A stretch of 44,978 bases of DNA from an uncultured Bacteroidota bacterium (lineage in GTDB: Bacteria; Bacteroidota; Bacteroidia; UKL13-3): the NCBI GenBank assembly GCA_903907885.1, contig CAIVPY010000214.1, forward strand, positions 1 to 44,978. The letters run 5' to 3'. The position numbers were made by a program, and so were the translations under genes. Shown here in pieces: positions 8,744 through 18,373 of the stretch (positions are counted from its first letter, which is position 1; the number at the start of each line of letters is the position of its first letter). The notes beneath the pieces were generated by a model. The model made no database searches, was not told the origin of the DNA, and saw nothing but the letters and a program-made list of their open reading frames with translations.

Positions 8744-10402
8744 CTACACTTTTATTTTTTTAAACTCACCAAAGGCCTTTGAGTTTATTAGTATATCAGA
8801 TTTTATTTCCAATAATTTTGGTCTATCTGATGGGTCGAAGAATGTTTTTAATATGTTTTCAATCTCAAAAATATTCTGGCAAAAGCTATATTCAAGCCCA
8901 TTATCAATAGCAGTATTTTGGGCTGATTGCAGATGAGGAGTTAAAAAAAACTCTTCTAACTCGGGTTGAGAATTGGGTCCATCTATCAAATTGAAAATAC
9001 CACCACCATTGTTGTTTAACAAAACAATCCTCAAGTTGTTAGGTACATATTTGTTCCAAAAGGCATTTCTATCATAAAAGAAAGTTAAGTCACCTGTAAT
9101 AAGAGTTACCAGTTCATTACACATCATGGCAGCCCCAACAGCGGTGCTTGTACATCCATCTATTCCACTTGTTCCGCGATTGCAAAATGCACTAAGGTTA
9201 TTCTCAGGAAGTCCTAAATAACTCACATATCTGACAGATGAACTATTGGCTATTTGTAACTGAGAATTTGTAGGAAGTGCTTTTAAAATGCTATTTACAG
9301 ATAACAATTCACTATTCACTTTTAACTCATTACTATTAACTATAAATTGTTGAACGGATTCGTGAGCTTTTTCTTCAAACCTATTCCATAGTTGTTTATA
9401 GCTTTCCGTTTGGATGGTATTGGTTTCAATAATGTTTTCAAATATTACCGCTAACTGATTACTGCTAACATAATCCGTAACGTTTCCGTAGGTATCTACT
9501 TTAATGTCATCATCCTGCAAACGAATATGCTTGATAGGTTTTTGTTTTTTCAACCAAAGTTTCAGAGCCTTTGATAAAACAGGGCCTCCCATGCTAATAA
9601 GCACTTGTGGCTCTAGTGTTTTCAGGCTGTTGGTATCTGCTTGACTGATAATATAGTCAAAATGTTTGATGCTCGTACTATCATGTTGATTTGATACCAC
9701 ATCAGCTAGTAATACCACATTGCTGCGATTCGCAAGTGTTTTAAAGTGGTTTTTTAAAGCTTCATTAGGCAGACCTTGGCCAACCAATACCAATATTTTA
9801 TCGTGCTTTAACGACCCAAGATTATATGGTAAATTTGTTAAAAGAGGTTTTGGTTCAAGCTTATACTTTTGGCTGACAGCAGAGTCACTTATACTTATTT
9901 TATACAATGGTTCTTTTAAGGGAACATTAATATGAACGGGACCAAATACAGGATGCATACATTTGTTTAATGTATCTGATAGTAGATGATAACTATCCAC
10001 CGTATAAACAAGAAATTGCATTTGCGCTCTAATATGCGAGCCATATACACCTTGTTGATTAATCATTTGCCCATCTTGTTGGTTAAGTAATTCTGCAGGT
10101 CTGTCAGCAGTTAAAACAATTAGTGGAATTTTTTGGTAATATGCTTCGGCTATGGCTGGATAAAAGTTAAGTGATGCTGTTCCACTTGTGCATATAAGCG
10201 CTACAGGTTTTTGCAATTGTTGTGCCATTCCCAAGGCAATAAATCCAGCACTTCTTTCATCAATTATTACAAAAGTTTTTATATTGGGATGTCGATTGAA
10301 AGCAAACACAAGTGGTGCAGAACGAGATCCTGGACAGATTACAGCATGTGTAACTCCAGCTTGGTGACATAGTTCGGCTAATTGTGCTAGTTGTTGGTGC
10401 AT
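8744..10402 (-). CDS. menD: 2-succinyl-5-enolpyruvyl-6-hydroxy-3-cyclohexene-1-carboxylate synthase (menaquinone pathway)
   Basis: ThDP-enzyme layout with the N-terminal CPGSRSAPL motif, GTSGIDG and a GDLxFxYDxN-type ThDP-binding motif (GDLTFFYDRNAF). Length is about 550 aa. The start overlaps the stop of the upstream gene (TAATG). Confidence 0.9.
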   Translation of the reverse strand: MHQQLAQLAELCHQAGVTHAVICPGSRSAPLVFAFNRHPNIKTFVIIDERSAGFIALGMAQQLQKPVALICTSGTASLNFYPAIAEAYYQKIPLIVLTADRPAELLNQQDGQMINQQGVYGSHIRAQMQFLVYTVDSYHLLSDTLNKCMHPVFGPVHINVPLKEPLYKISISDSAVSQKYKLEPKPLLTNLPYNLGSLKHDKILVLVGQGLPNEALKNHFKTLANRSNVVLLADVVSNQHDSTSIKHFDYIISQADTNSLKTLEPQVLISMGGPVLSKALKLWLKKQKPIKHIRLQDDDIKVDTYGNVTDYVSSNQLAVIFENIIETNTIQTESYKQLWNRFEEKAHESVQQFIVNSNELKVNSELLSVNSILKALPTNSQLQIANSSSVRYVSYLGLPENNLSAFCNRGTSGIDGCTSTAVGAAMMCNELVTLITGDLTFFYDRNAFWNKYVPNNLRIVLLNNNGGGIFNLIDGPNSQPELEEFFLTPHLQSAQNTAIDNGLEYSFCQNIFEIENILKTFFDPSDRPKLLEIKSDILINSKAFGEFKKIKV

Positions 10403-12924
10403 TAAAATTGAAAGCGTAATCCTACATTTATTCCCCAGTCTTTTGGTTTTTCAAATCCTTCTTTATTTTCTAAATGTGTGAGGCGATGAACCATATTCAC
10501 TGACAAAATTCTGAAAATATTCTCTATACCGTACCCCATTTCTAGGTAGGGTTTTCCTTCAAAATCTTTTACCTTGGTAAGCACTTTTCCTTCTTTGTTA
10601 GTTTCAGGCATAATGGTTTTATCATCCGTGCTTCTTCCCCCATAAGCCGATTTCACAAAGGCAAAATTACGCAGCTTCCAATCTCTAACAAGAGGAATGC
10701 GGTTAAAAAACAATCCTTCAAAATGCTGCACATAACTGAAATGTAAATATTCATCGCTTACAAATTCATAATAATTCATGAGACTATAATTCAAATCAGA
10801 GTATATAAAGGTTTGATTTCCTCTGGCCACATCAAGCAAAGGGTAGGGCAATCTTCCAAAAATTTTACCTGCTATAATGTGTATATCACCTGTTCCAAGT
10901 ACTCCTGTATTGGCGTGTTGTATAATGCCTAATTGCAGTTTGTCATAGTCAAAATTACTGTTTAAAATGCCTTTGAAACCGTGGGTGTAAGAAACTGTCA
11001 ACTCGGGTAATCTAGAGCGTTTCATTCTCAACCTGTTGTTGCCCCTTACCACCATTTCTTCTTGGTATGCCCAGCGAACATCAACACTTGCTTGTGTGTT
11101 TCTAAATGCATCAGAAACGCCACCTTTATCATTATTATAGGCAAATATAAAATCACCCAAAGGCTTAAATGTGTTGTGTTGTACATTAAATCTAAAACTC
11201 CAATCTCTTTTCGGATTTGTAAAATAACTTATTTTGGATTCATGGGTGCTGTTAAACCTCATTCCATTTCCAAATATGGCAATGGCTTGAAATAGGTTGG
11301 AGTTATTGTTTCCTGAGCCAAAATCGTTGGTAACACCTATCACGTCATAGTCGTATTTAAATTGACCGCTTAGAACACTCCATTTCTTTCGATTGGTTAT
11401 GTAATCTGCACCAAAGCCATATTTCCATTTGTCGTCTCCAAAACCATACGCCAAATAAGACTTCAAAACCCATTTTTTACTAAAAAAGTGATTGGTTTTA
11501 AAGCCCAATCTTACCCTGTCTCCTTCGACATTATTGTGTCCGTATAGAAACACGTATGGACCCCAGTCGACACCACCAATGCGTTTATAGCCTTCTACTA
11601 TAATTCGCACCACATCAATATAGGTTTGTATAACAGGTAAGTTTTTAATAGAATCAACCATTACGAACATTTGTTTTTCGATACCAGTAAAGGCTTCAGG
11701 TCGTTTGCTAGCCCAGTAGGCTGTATCGTTGTTTTCAACATTGGCAACTTGCTCTACTTGTACATCAAAAAACGATAAAGGCTTTTGTTCGTTCACTTTT
11801 ATATTGCTAAACGAGTTGTATATTTTAGCAATCATTCCTGCTGATTTTTCAGTGACCTGTGCAATATCAATTACAAACCTATTTTTGAAAGGAATGAAAG
11901 AACCTGCTGAAGTTTGCACAAATTCTTGTTGTATTTTAAGTCTATCAATAAAATTTATATTGGCGTATTTTGATATTTCAACATCAATACGTTTTAGCGC
12001 CCAAGTGCTGTCTTCAATCCAAATGTGACCTAAAAAACCGAGGTCTTGTTCACGTCTTAAATTGAGTTTTAGTTTATAACATTTTTTGTGGTCGATATCA
12101 ACTGAATCAAGCAATGTATAAACATAATATGTATGCGCTACATTTGATAATGGCGAGATGAAATCTTTTGCTAGCAAGCGAACAAAATTGCCATTGAAAT
12201 TTATCTGAAGTAAACTTGCTCCCATTAAATCGGTAATGAACGATTTGTCTCCAATGCCAATACCTGTGCTAGTCGAGGCCAACATCAACTCCTTGTTTTT
12301 CGATGGTTCTTTGTTGTAAAAATATTGTGAAAAGGTTTCGCTGATAAACATAGGAAGGATATATTTTCCCTCCTCGTTTTTCATTTGATTAGCAGTATCA
12401 AATAAACTTTTAAGGGGTTTGAAAATGGTTTTGTTTTTTATCTCATCGCTGATATTGTTTAACGAAATATCAACCTTATTATAGCTATCGTATTGATAAG
12501 ATGAGAGGTTCCCTAAATCATTCTTCTCTCTGTATTTTCTTGCATTGTTCACTATGCGTAATGCTGGATTAATGCCAGGTTTTATCACTAATTCACGCAA
12601 TTCTGAATTTGATTCACTTAACTCAATTAATATGTTTTGAGTTTGCCCACGTTTAATTTTTTTTGTATATTTTTTATACCCAACATACGTTACTACAATG
12701 CTATCTGCGGGCTCGGTAGTTTTCATTTTAAAGTTGCCCTCAAAGTCTGTGGTTGTACCATTACGAGTGCCTTTAAAACCAACACTTACAAAAGGCAAAG
12801 CTTCTTTATTTCTTCTGTCTTGAATTTTTCCTATTACAATCGTTTCTTCTTGAGCTATTGCAATAATGGGCATACTCATAAATAAGAACAGAATAAATTT
12901 TATGTGTCTTTTATGGAGTTTCAA
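10402..12924 (-). CDS. CarboxypepD_reg-like domain plus DUF5686 family outer-membrane protein
   Basis: Signal peptide, then IVIGKIQDRRNKEALPFVSVGFKGTRNGTTTDFEGNF (carboxypeptidase-regulatory-like fold), then a long beta-rich region ending in ...GLRFQF. This is the typical Bacteroidota DUF5686 architecture. Confidence 0.75.
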   Translation of the reverse strand: MKLHKRHIKFILFLFMSMPIIAIAQEETIVIGKIQDRRNKEALPFVSVGFKGTRNGTTTDFEGNFKMKTTEPADSIVVTYVGYKKYTKKIKRGQTQNILIELSESNSELRELVIKPGINPALRIVNNARKYREKNDLGNLSSYQYDSYNKVDISLNNISDEIKNKTIFKPLKSLFDTANQMKNEEGKYILPMFISETFSQYFYNKEPSKNKELMLASTSTGIGIGDKSFITDLMGASLLQINFNGNFVRLLAKDFISPLSNVAHTYYVYTLLDSVDIDHKKCYKLKLNLRREQDLGFLGHIWIEDSTWALKRIDVEISKYANINFIDRLKIQQEFVQTSAGSFIPFKNRFVIDIAQVTEKSAGMIAKIYNSFSNIKVNEQKPLSFFDVQVEQVANVENNDTAYWASKRPEAFTGIEKQMFVMVDSIKNLPVIQTYIDVVRIIVEGYKRIGGVDWGPYVFLYGHNNVEGDRVRLGFKTNHFFSKKWVLKSYLAYGFGDDKWKYGFGADYITNRKKWSVLSGQFKYDYDVIGVTNDFGSGNNNSNLFQAIAIFGNGMRFNSTHESKISYFTNPKRDWSFRFNVQHNTFKPLGDFIFAYNNDKGGVSDAFRNTQASVDVRWAYQEEMVVRGNNRLRMKRSRLPELTVSYTHGFKGILNSNFDYDKLQLGIIQHANTGVLGTGDIHIIAGKIFGRLPYPLLDVARGNQTFIYSDLNYSLMNYYEFVSDEYLHFSYVQHFEGLFFNRIPLVRDWKLRNFAFVKSAYGGRSTDDKTIMPETNKEGKVLTKVKDFEGKPYLEMGYGIENIFRILSVNMVHRLTHLENKEGFEKPKDWGINVGLRFQF

Positions 12925-12941
12925 TGAAGCGTGTATAATAA

Positions 12942-13904
12942 TTAGTTAAGCATACGCATTTTCATTCTAATATTTTGCAGGGGTCTGTCTGAAGATCCTT
13001 TATCCACATTGGCAATTTTATCTAACACATCATATCCTTCAACCAATTCGCCAAAAACGGTATAATCTCCATCTAAATGTGGAGCACCACCTATGGTTTC
13101 ATAAGTTTCAACCTGTGGTTCATCGTAAATAAAATCTCCTCCACTTTGTATGTAAAGAGCATCAACACTTGGCTTAAGAGTTTCGATATATTTGGTCAAA
13201 CCGTCTTTGTCTTTTGCCGTTTGAAAAGCACTGATGGTAGCATTGATAGAATCTTTTTGAATAAGGTCGTAAAATATTTTTTGTTTACGGTTCAAGTTCT
13301 TTTGATTCATGGCTTGTGCCAACTGTTCTCTTTTAAATTTTTGCCCATCCACAATATAAAATTGGCAACCACTGCTTGCTTTTTCTGGATTATTATCCCT
13401 TGCAGCAGCAAGTGCACCACGTTTGTGCCAAAGACCACTTACAATTTCGGCAGGTATTTTATAACCCACATCACCATTACCCAACATGGCAGATGAGTCT
13501 GCATTTTTTGAGGTTGGGTCGCCACCTTGAATCATAAACCCTTTGATAATACGGTGAAACAAGAGGCTATCATAAAACTTTTGTTCAACCAATTTAATGA
13601 AATTATCGCGGTGCAAAGGAGTTTCGTTATATAACAAAACCACCATTTTACCCAGGTCAGTATTTATTTCGACCATGCGATTGGTGTCTCGTGTGCGTAA
13701 AACCAATTTCTTTACCACTTTTTTGGTAACAGTTTTTTTTACTACTTTTCTTTTTTCAACAATCTTTACTGGTTTCCCAGGCTTAATGGTTATTCTTTGC
13801 ACTTGTGCTTGTGTTGCATACATCATGCAAAAACACATTAGTATTGTCACTAATTTTTTCATCTTATTTGTTTTCATCATTTTCAAAAAGTCCTTCATTT
13901 TCAA
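12942..13904 (-). CDS. Peptidylprolyl isomerase (cyclophilin type), secreted
   Basis: Cyclophilin core FHRIIKGFMIQGGDP...SGCQFYI...LDGDYTVFGELVEGYDVL. The signal peptide MKKLVTILMCFCMMYATQAQ suggests the real start is M15 (coordinate 13862), which removes the overlap with the upstream gene. Confidence 0.9.
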   Translation of the reverse strand: MKMKDFLKMMKTNKMKKLVTILMCFCMMYATQAQVQRITIKPGKPVKIVEKRKVVKKTVTKKVVKKLVLRTRDTNRMVEINTDLGKMVVLLYNETPLHRDNFIKLVEQKFYDSLLFHRIIKGFMIQGGDPTSKNADSSAMLGNGDVGYKIPAEIVSGLWHKRGALAAARDNNPEKASSGCQFYIVDGQKFKREQLAQAMNQKNLNRKQKIFYDLIQKDSINATISAFQTAKDKDGLTKYIETLKPSVDALYIQSGGDFIYDEPQVETYETIGGAPHLDGDYTVFGELVEGYDVLDKIANVDKGSSDRPLQNIRMKMRMLN

Positions 13905-14250
13905 AATATTTTACTATTAATTCTTTTAAGTAATTTTCTTGAGTAGCCAAGTCGGTAAAAGGTATTTTCCTTAATAAATTATAATGTGGCCAGCCCTCTT
14001 TGTCTATATTATCAAACGCATAATACCCATCATAACTTAAAAGTTTGCATGTAGCAATGTGCATCAAATCTACCTTTTCTTCTTTTTCAAATTTTCTATT
14101 TTGCCCTAGTTCCCTCATCCCTATGATATACAATAGGCCGTTCATATCTGGTTTTTTGCCAAATATCTTCTTTAGTTCAAACACCACACGATACCATTTT
14201 GCCTTTGTTGCATCGTCTAGCGATAGGGCTTGTAAGTTTTCCAATTCCAT
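13864..14250 (-). CDS. Conserved hypothetical protein (~128 aa)
   Basis: The ORF track gives 13864..14301. MELENLQALS... (M18) seems the more plausible start. I recognised no family, so support is ORF length and compact spacing only. Confidence 0.55.
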   Translation of the reverse strand: MELENLQALSLDDATKAKWYRVVFELKKIFGKKPDMNGLLYIIGMRELGQNRKFEKEEKVDLMHIATCKLLSYDGYYAFDNIDKEGWPHYNLLRKIPFTDLATQENYLKELIVKYFENEGLFENDENK

Positions 14251-14601
14251 TGTGGGCAAATGTAAACAAGTTTTTTGCTTGCCACAATTACAGATTCGCA
14301 AAATACATTATGTTTGAATAATGGCAAAAGTCTTACGAGTCTTATTACTCATTTTTTGTGTTAGCAAATTCTCTTTTTCTCAAACTAATTTGATAACAAA
14401 TGGCGATTTTTTAGCTTTACATTTATTGCCAAATCAGAAAAAACAAAAATTATTATTGGTAATGCATTAAACCAAAAAGAAAAAACAAAATACCTATTTA
14501 TTAATGATATTAAGTTATTAAAACTATGTAGTGGTAATTTTTGAATAAAACATTGAAAACACCTCCGCTGATTCGAGCATCCGCTCGTTCCATTCATTAG
14601 C

Positions 14602-15156
14602 CTACATTCCCGCCAGCATCAATTTTACTTTTAGAACAGCTGCTACTGAAATGCCATCTGTCACTTCGCCTCTTTTCACCATTTGGTAGAGCTCTTCAAA
14701 AGGAATTTTCTTTATGATTAATTGCTCGGTTTCTTCAGGCTCCGATTCGGTATATTCAAGTTCCCTTGCTACATATACCAAAGAGTGCTCATCCGTAGTG
14801 GAATTGCTTAGGTGCATTTCCATAATCTTCTCCCATTTATGTGCTATCAAACCACACTCTTCTAGCAATTCTCTTTTGGCAGATTCAAGTGGGTCAACCC
14901 CAATTTTACCGCCACCTTCGGGTATTTCCCAACTGTATTGATTTAAGGCATATCGGTATTGCCCTACAATCCAAGTATTGTTATCGCTATCCAAAGGAAT
15001 AACACCAATGGCTAGGTTTTTAAAATGCACCACGCCATATATACCGGGTTTCCCGCTAGGGTTTAGTACCTCATTGTGTTGCACCTTAATCCAAGGGTTT
15101 TCGTAACCTATGGTGGTGTTTAGCGTTTGCCAAGGGTTTGATTCTTCGTTTTGCAT
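14602..15156 (-). CDS. NUDIX hydrolase (ADP-ribose pyrophosphatase-like)
   Basis: Nudix box GGGKIGVDPLESAKRELLEECGL (Gx5Ex7REUxEExGU). Confidence 0.9.
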   Translation of the reverse strand: MQNEESNPWQTLNTTIGYENPWIKVQHNEVLNPSGKPGIYGVVHFKNLAIGVIPLDSDNNTWIVGQYRYALNQYSWEIPEGGGKIGVDPLESAKRELLEECGLIAHKWEKIMEMHLSNSTTDEHSLVYVARELEYTESEPEETEQLIIKKIPFEELYQMVKRGEVTDGISVAAVLKVKLMLAGM

Positions 15157-15169
15157 AGAGCGAGTGATA

Positions 15170-16423
15170 TTAGTCTTTGCGCTTCAGTTTCTTTTTTTGT
15201 TTCAAGCTCATCGAGTTGATGCGCTTGTAGTAGCCAGTTTTACTAGCTTTAACCCATATCGTTAGTTTTTTACCTTTGTTTACTTGTTGTTTTCTTAGCT
15301 TGTTCCAACTCTTTATTTCAGCAGCTGAAACATCAAACCAATCGGCTATGTCGGCAAGGTTATCTCCTTTTTTCACGACATAGAATACCCGTTTTTTATC
15401 AAAGGTGTTTTCTTTTTCGGCCTGCCCATGTTTGATTATCTTGCTTTCTTTTTCCTCCTCAGTTATGGCTGAGTCAGCTTCTTTTTCGGGTACTTTGCGA
15501 ATTTCAACAGGGGTAAAATCAGTAGGATTGATATTTCGATAAACGGTGTCATTAAGCAAGTAAAACATTTTGCCTTTGCTTTTAGGCAATTTGATAACAT
15601 AGCCATCCAAATTGAAAGGAATAACATCTTTCTTAAATTCAGGATTTAGTTTTCTTAAATCTTCAATAGACACACCCAAAGTGGAACTGATTTGCTGAAA
15701 AGACAGCCATTTGTTCACCACCACTGTATCTACATCTTCGTAGATATCAGGCAAAACACTTTTGATGCCATGCTCTTTATAATAATTCATTACGTACACA
15801 GCTGCCACATAGCGAGGATACAAGTCGCGGCAAGTGGTTGGAAGATAATTGTAAACATCCCAGAAGTATAGGCTATTGCCTGCCATTCTGATACATTTGT
15901 TTAAAGTAACAGGCGAGCAACCATAAGCTGCAATAGCCAATGGCCAACTTTTGTATATGCTAAATAAATCACGAAAATGAGATGCTGATATTTGTGTAGA
16001 TTTTATAGGGTCCCTGCGTTCGTCAATATAGGTTGTCACTTTCAACTTATACATTTTCGACACATTGTAAGCCATCATCCAAATGCCACTATTTCCACTG
16101 GCATTATTGGCTTGTGGTTGCAAATCGGAAGCCACAACGGCAAGGTATTTTAAATCAGCTGGAACAGATTTAATTTTAAAAGTGCGCTCAATCATGGGGA
16201 AGTAATACTTACTAGCGCCAATAATTTCGCGGGTTTTATCAGGATTAGCAAGGTATTCTTCAATAAATTTTTTCACCTCTGGGTGATATACCAACTCAAG
16301 TTGGGGCTTTAAAGCGGCCAACCTTGTTTGTATGAGTTCATCACCCAGTTTTTGAGCAAAAACCGACCATGATGATGAAAAACCAATGAATAATATAACA
16401 AAAAATCCTCTCAAAAATCTCAT
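15170..16423 (-). CDS. MltD-like lytic transglycosylase-fold protein with C-terminal LysM; the catalytic Glu appears to be substituted
   Basis: Signal peptide, an SLT-like region (LKYLAVVASDLQPQA...GIWMMAYN...AAYGCSP), two LysM-like segments (WLSFQQISSTLGVSIEDLRKLNP and YVVKKGDNLADIADWFDVSAAEIKSWN) and a basic tail. Confidence 0.75.
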   Translation of the reverse strand: MRFLRGFFVILFIGFSSSWSVFAQKLGDELIQTRLAALKPQLELVYHPEVKKFIEEYLANPDKTREIIGASKYYFPMIERTFKIKSVPADLKYLAVVASDLQPQANNASGNSGIWMMAYNVSKMYKLKVTTYIDERRDPIKSTQISASHFRDLFSIYKSWPLAIAAYGCSPVTLNKCIRMAGNSLYFWDVYNYLPTTCRDLYPRYVAAVYVMNYYKEHGIKSVLPDIYEDVDTVVVNKWLSFQQISSTLGVSIEDLRKLNPEFKKDVIPFNLDGYVIKLPKSKGKMFYLLNDTVYRNINPTDFTPVEIRKVPEKEADSAITEEEKESKIIKHGQAEKENTFDKKRVFYVVKKGDNLADIADWFDVSAAEIKSWNKLRKQQVNKGKKLTIWVKASKTGYYKRINSMSLKQKKKLKRKD

Positions 16424-16488
16424 AAAGCAATGCTACGCCTAAAAATGCTGCGGAAAAGAAAAAGTAATTAAGAAATACACACTAAAAT

Positions 16489-17910
16489 CTATTCGCTTCT
16501 GAAATTTTTTACAAAAGCCAACAGCCTTGCTTCGTCAAAAGATTTGGCCATAAACTGCAAACCAATTGGCATATTGCTATTATCAACTCCATTAGGAATA
16601 GAAATGGCCGCACAGCCAGCAATATTGGCGTGTACAGTGAAAATATCTGCTAAATACATAGCCAAAGGATCATCCGATTTTTCACCAATTTTAAACGCGG
16701 TTGTTGGCGATGTTGGCGACATGATGAAATCGTATTGTGAAAAAATTTCATCTGTTTTTTGCTTCACCAAGTTTCTTACTTTTTGGGCTTTGGTGTAGTA
16801 GGCATCATAATATCCTGCACTAAGTACAAAGGTGCCTAGCATGATTCTACGTTTTACTTCCGAACCAAAACCTTCAGAGCGTGATTTGCGAATGGTACTC
16901 TCAAAATCGTGGGCATTACTGCTTCTGAATCCATAGTGCATACCTGCAAAGCGAGCCAAATTTGATGAAGCTTCAGCAGTGGTAAGGGTATAATAGATAG
17001 GAATCATTTTATCAAGCATATCAAAACTCACTGGCTCAACTGTATGACCCTGTGCGCGCAATTGTTCAATAGATTTTTCAATGTTTGCCTTCACCTCAGG
17101 TTGAAGACCATCCATTTCGATGGTTTCTTTGATGTATGCAATTTTTAATTTTTGTCCGCTAACACTAGCCTTGCTGTAAGCATCAACAGGCTTATCTGAA
17201 GAGGTGGCATCATATTCGTCAGCTCCCGAAATCACTTCAAGCAATATCTGTGCATCGTCCACACTTTTGGTAAGCGGCCCAATAATATCAAATGATGAGG
17301 CATAGGCGATTAAACCCCACCTAGAAATACGGCCATAAGTTGGTTTTAGTCCATAAACCCCACAGAAACCTGCAGGCTGTCTTACGCTTCCGCCAGTATC
17401 ACTTCCAAGAGCAGCCAAGCACAAATCGGCTTGCACCGCTACAGCGCAGCCTCCTGAACTTCCTCCCGAAACTTTGGTATTATCGGCATCATTTAAAACA
17501 GTGCCAAAGGCTGAGTTTTCGTTGGATGCACCCATAGCAAACTCATCGCAATTTAGTCTCCCAATGATGATGGCATCTTCTGCCAATAATCGTTCAACCG
17601 CTGTAGCAGAATATATTGATGTAAATCCTTCAAGAATTTTAGACGAGGCAGATACTTTGTGGCCTTTATAGCAAAGGTTGTCTTTCAGCCCAATAACCAT
17701 TCCAGCTAATTTTCCCGCATTTCCCTCTTTCATCTTTTGCTGCACATGGATAGCAGCCGACTTTGCCTCATCAGCAAATACCTCCAAAAAAGCATTCAAA
17801 TGCTTTTTGTCTTCAATGTTTTTTAGGTAATATTCAACCAGCTGAGGTAAGCTAATTTTGTCAGCTATAATATCATTTTGTATGTTTTGTAACTGAGTAT
17901 ATCTTTCCAA
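16489..17910 (-). CDS. gatA: Asp-tRNA(Asn)/Glu-tRNA(Gln) amidotransferase subunit A
   Basis: Amidase signature GGSSGGCAVAV...GSDTGGSVRQPA, with overall GatA layout. The track ORF reaches 18009, but its first ~33 aa translate a palindromic element. A TTG at 17910 gives a typical ~474-aa GatA. The start remains uncertain. Confidence 0.93.
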   Translation of the reverse strand: MERYTQLQNIQNDIIADKISLPQLVEYYLKNIEDKKHLNAFLEVFADEAKSAAIHVQQKMKEGNAGKLAGMVIGLKDNLCYKGHKVSASSKILEGFTSIYSATAVERLLAEDAIIIGRLNCDEFAMGASNENSAFGTVLNDADNTKVSGGSSGGCAVAVQADLCLAALGSDTGGSVRQPAGFCGVYGLKPTYGRISRWGLIAYASSFDIIGPLTKSVDDAQILLEVISGADEYDATSSDKPVDAYSKASVSGQKLKIAYIKETIEMDGLQPEVKANIEKSIEQLRAQGHTVEPVSFDMLDKMIPIYYTLTTAEASSNLARFAGMHYGFRSSNAHDFESTIRKSRSEGFGSEVKRRIMLGTFVLSAGYYDAYYTKAQKVRNLVKQKTDEIFSQYDFIMSPTSPTTAFKIGEKSDDPLAMYLADIFTVHANIAGCAAISIPNGVDNSNMPIGLQFMAKSFDEARLLAFVKNFRSE

Positions 17911-17942
17911 TTGTCTATATATTTTTGTGTTGTAAAAATAAA

Positions 17943-18011
17943 AAATGTCATTCCGAAAGAGCAAGACTAGAAGCAACGCAACATAGTCCTTACGCCAACG
18001 GCATGACATTT
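17943..18011 (-). terminator. Long imperfect palindrome between tatA and gatA; likely an intrinsic terminator/attenuator or a REP-like element
   Basis: The 13-nt arms AAATGTCATTCCG (17943..17955) and CGGCATGACATTT (17999..18011) are complementary, with one G-U position. There is additional internal pairing (GACTA/TAGTC). On the minus strand the hairpin is followed by UUUAUUUUUACA. Confidence 0.5.
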
Positions 18012-18031
18012 ATTTAATACTGTTTTTAAAG

Positions 18032-18226
18032 CTATTCTGCTTTTTTCTCTTTTTCTTTGTCTTTCATGCCATCTTCTATTTGTTGTTTAACATTGCTTTT
18101 AGCATCGTTAAACTCGCGCACCCCTTGACCAATACCACGTAGTAGTTCAGGAATTTTTTTACCTCCAAATAATAGAAGAATAACCAGTAGAATTACAATT
18201 AATTCGCTTCCGCCTAATCCAAACAT
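18032..18226 (-). CDS. tatA: Twin-arginine translocase subunit TatA/TatE
   Basis: MFGLGGSELIVILLVILLLFGGKKIPELLRGIGQGVREFNDA is the canonical TatA TM helix plus amphipathic helix. Confidence 0.9.
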   Translation of the reverse strand: MFGLGGSELIVILLVILLLFGGKKIPELLRGIGQGVREFNDAKSNVKQQIEDGMKDKEKEKKAE

Positions 18227-18373
18227 AATTTTATAAGTTTAAGAGGCAAATGTAAATTATATTTTCATTTTTTTATGATGATGTTTGTAGGTGAAGTCAA
18301 ATTTAATTTATTAATATTTTAAATAATTAAAAACTATTTAATTTCATTTGCTTTAAAAAGAAAACTATTAAGT

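Noticed and set aside
14251-14601. 351-nt AT-rich gap containing a 70-aa minus-strand ORF (14385..14597)
   Set aside because: The ORF is low-complexity (Phe/Ile/Asn/Leu-rich) with no motif. I found no tRNA-like cloverleaf, riboswitch-like conserved core or terminator. It is most simply a promoter/leader region, although an sRNA cannot be excluded without expression data.
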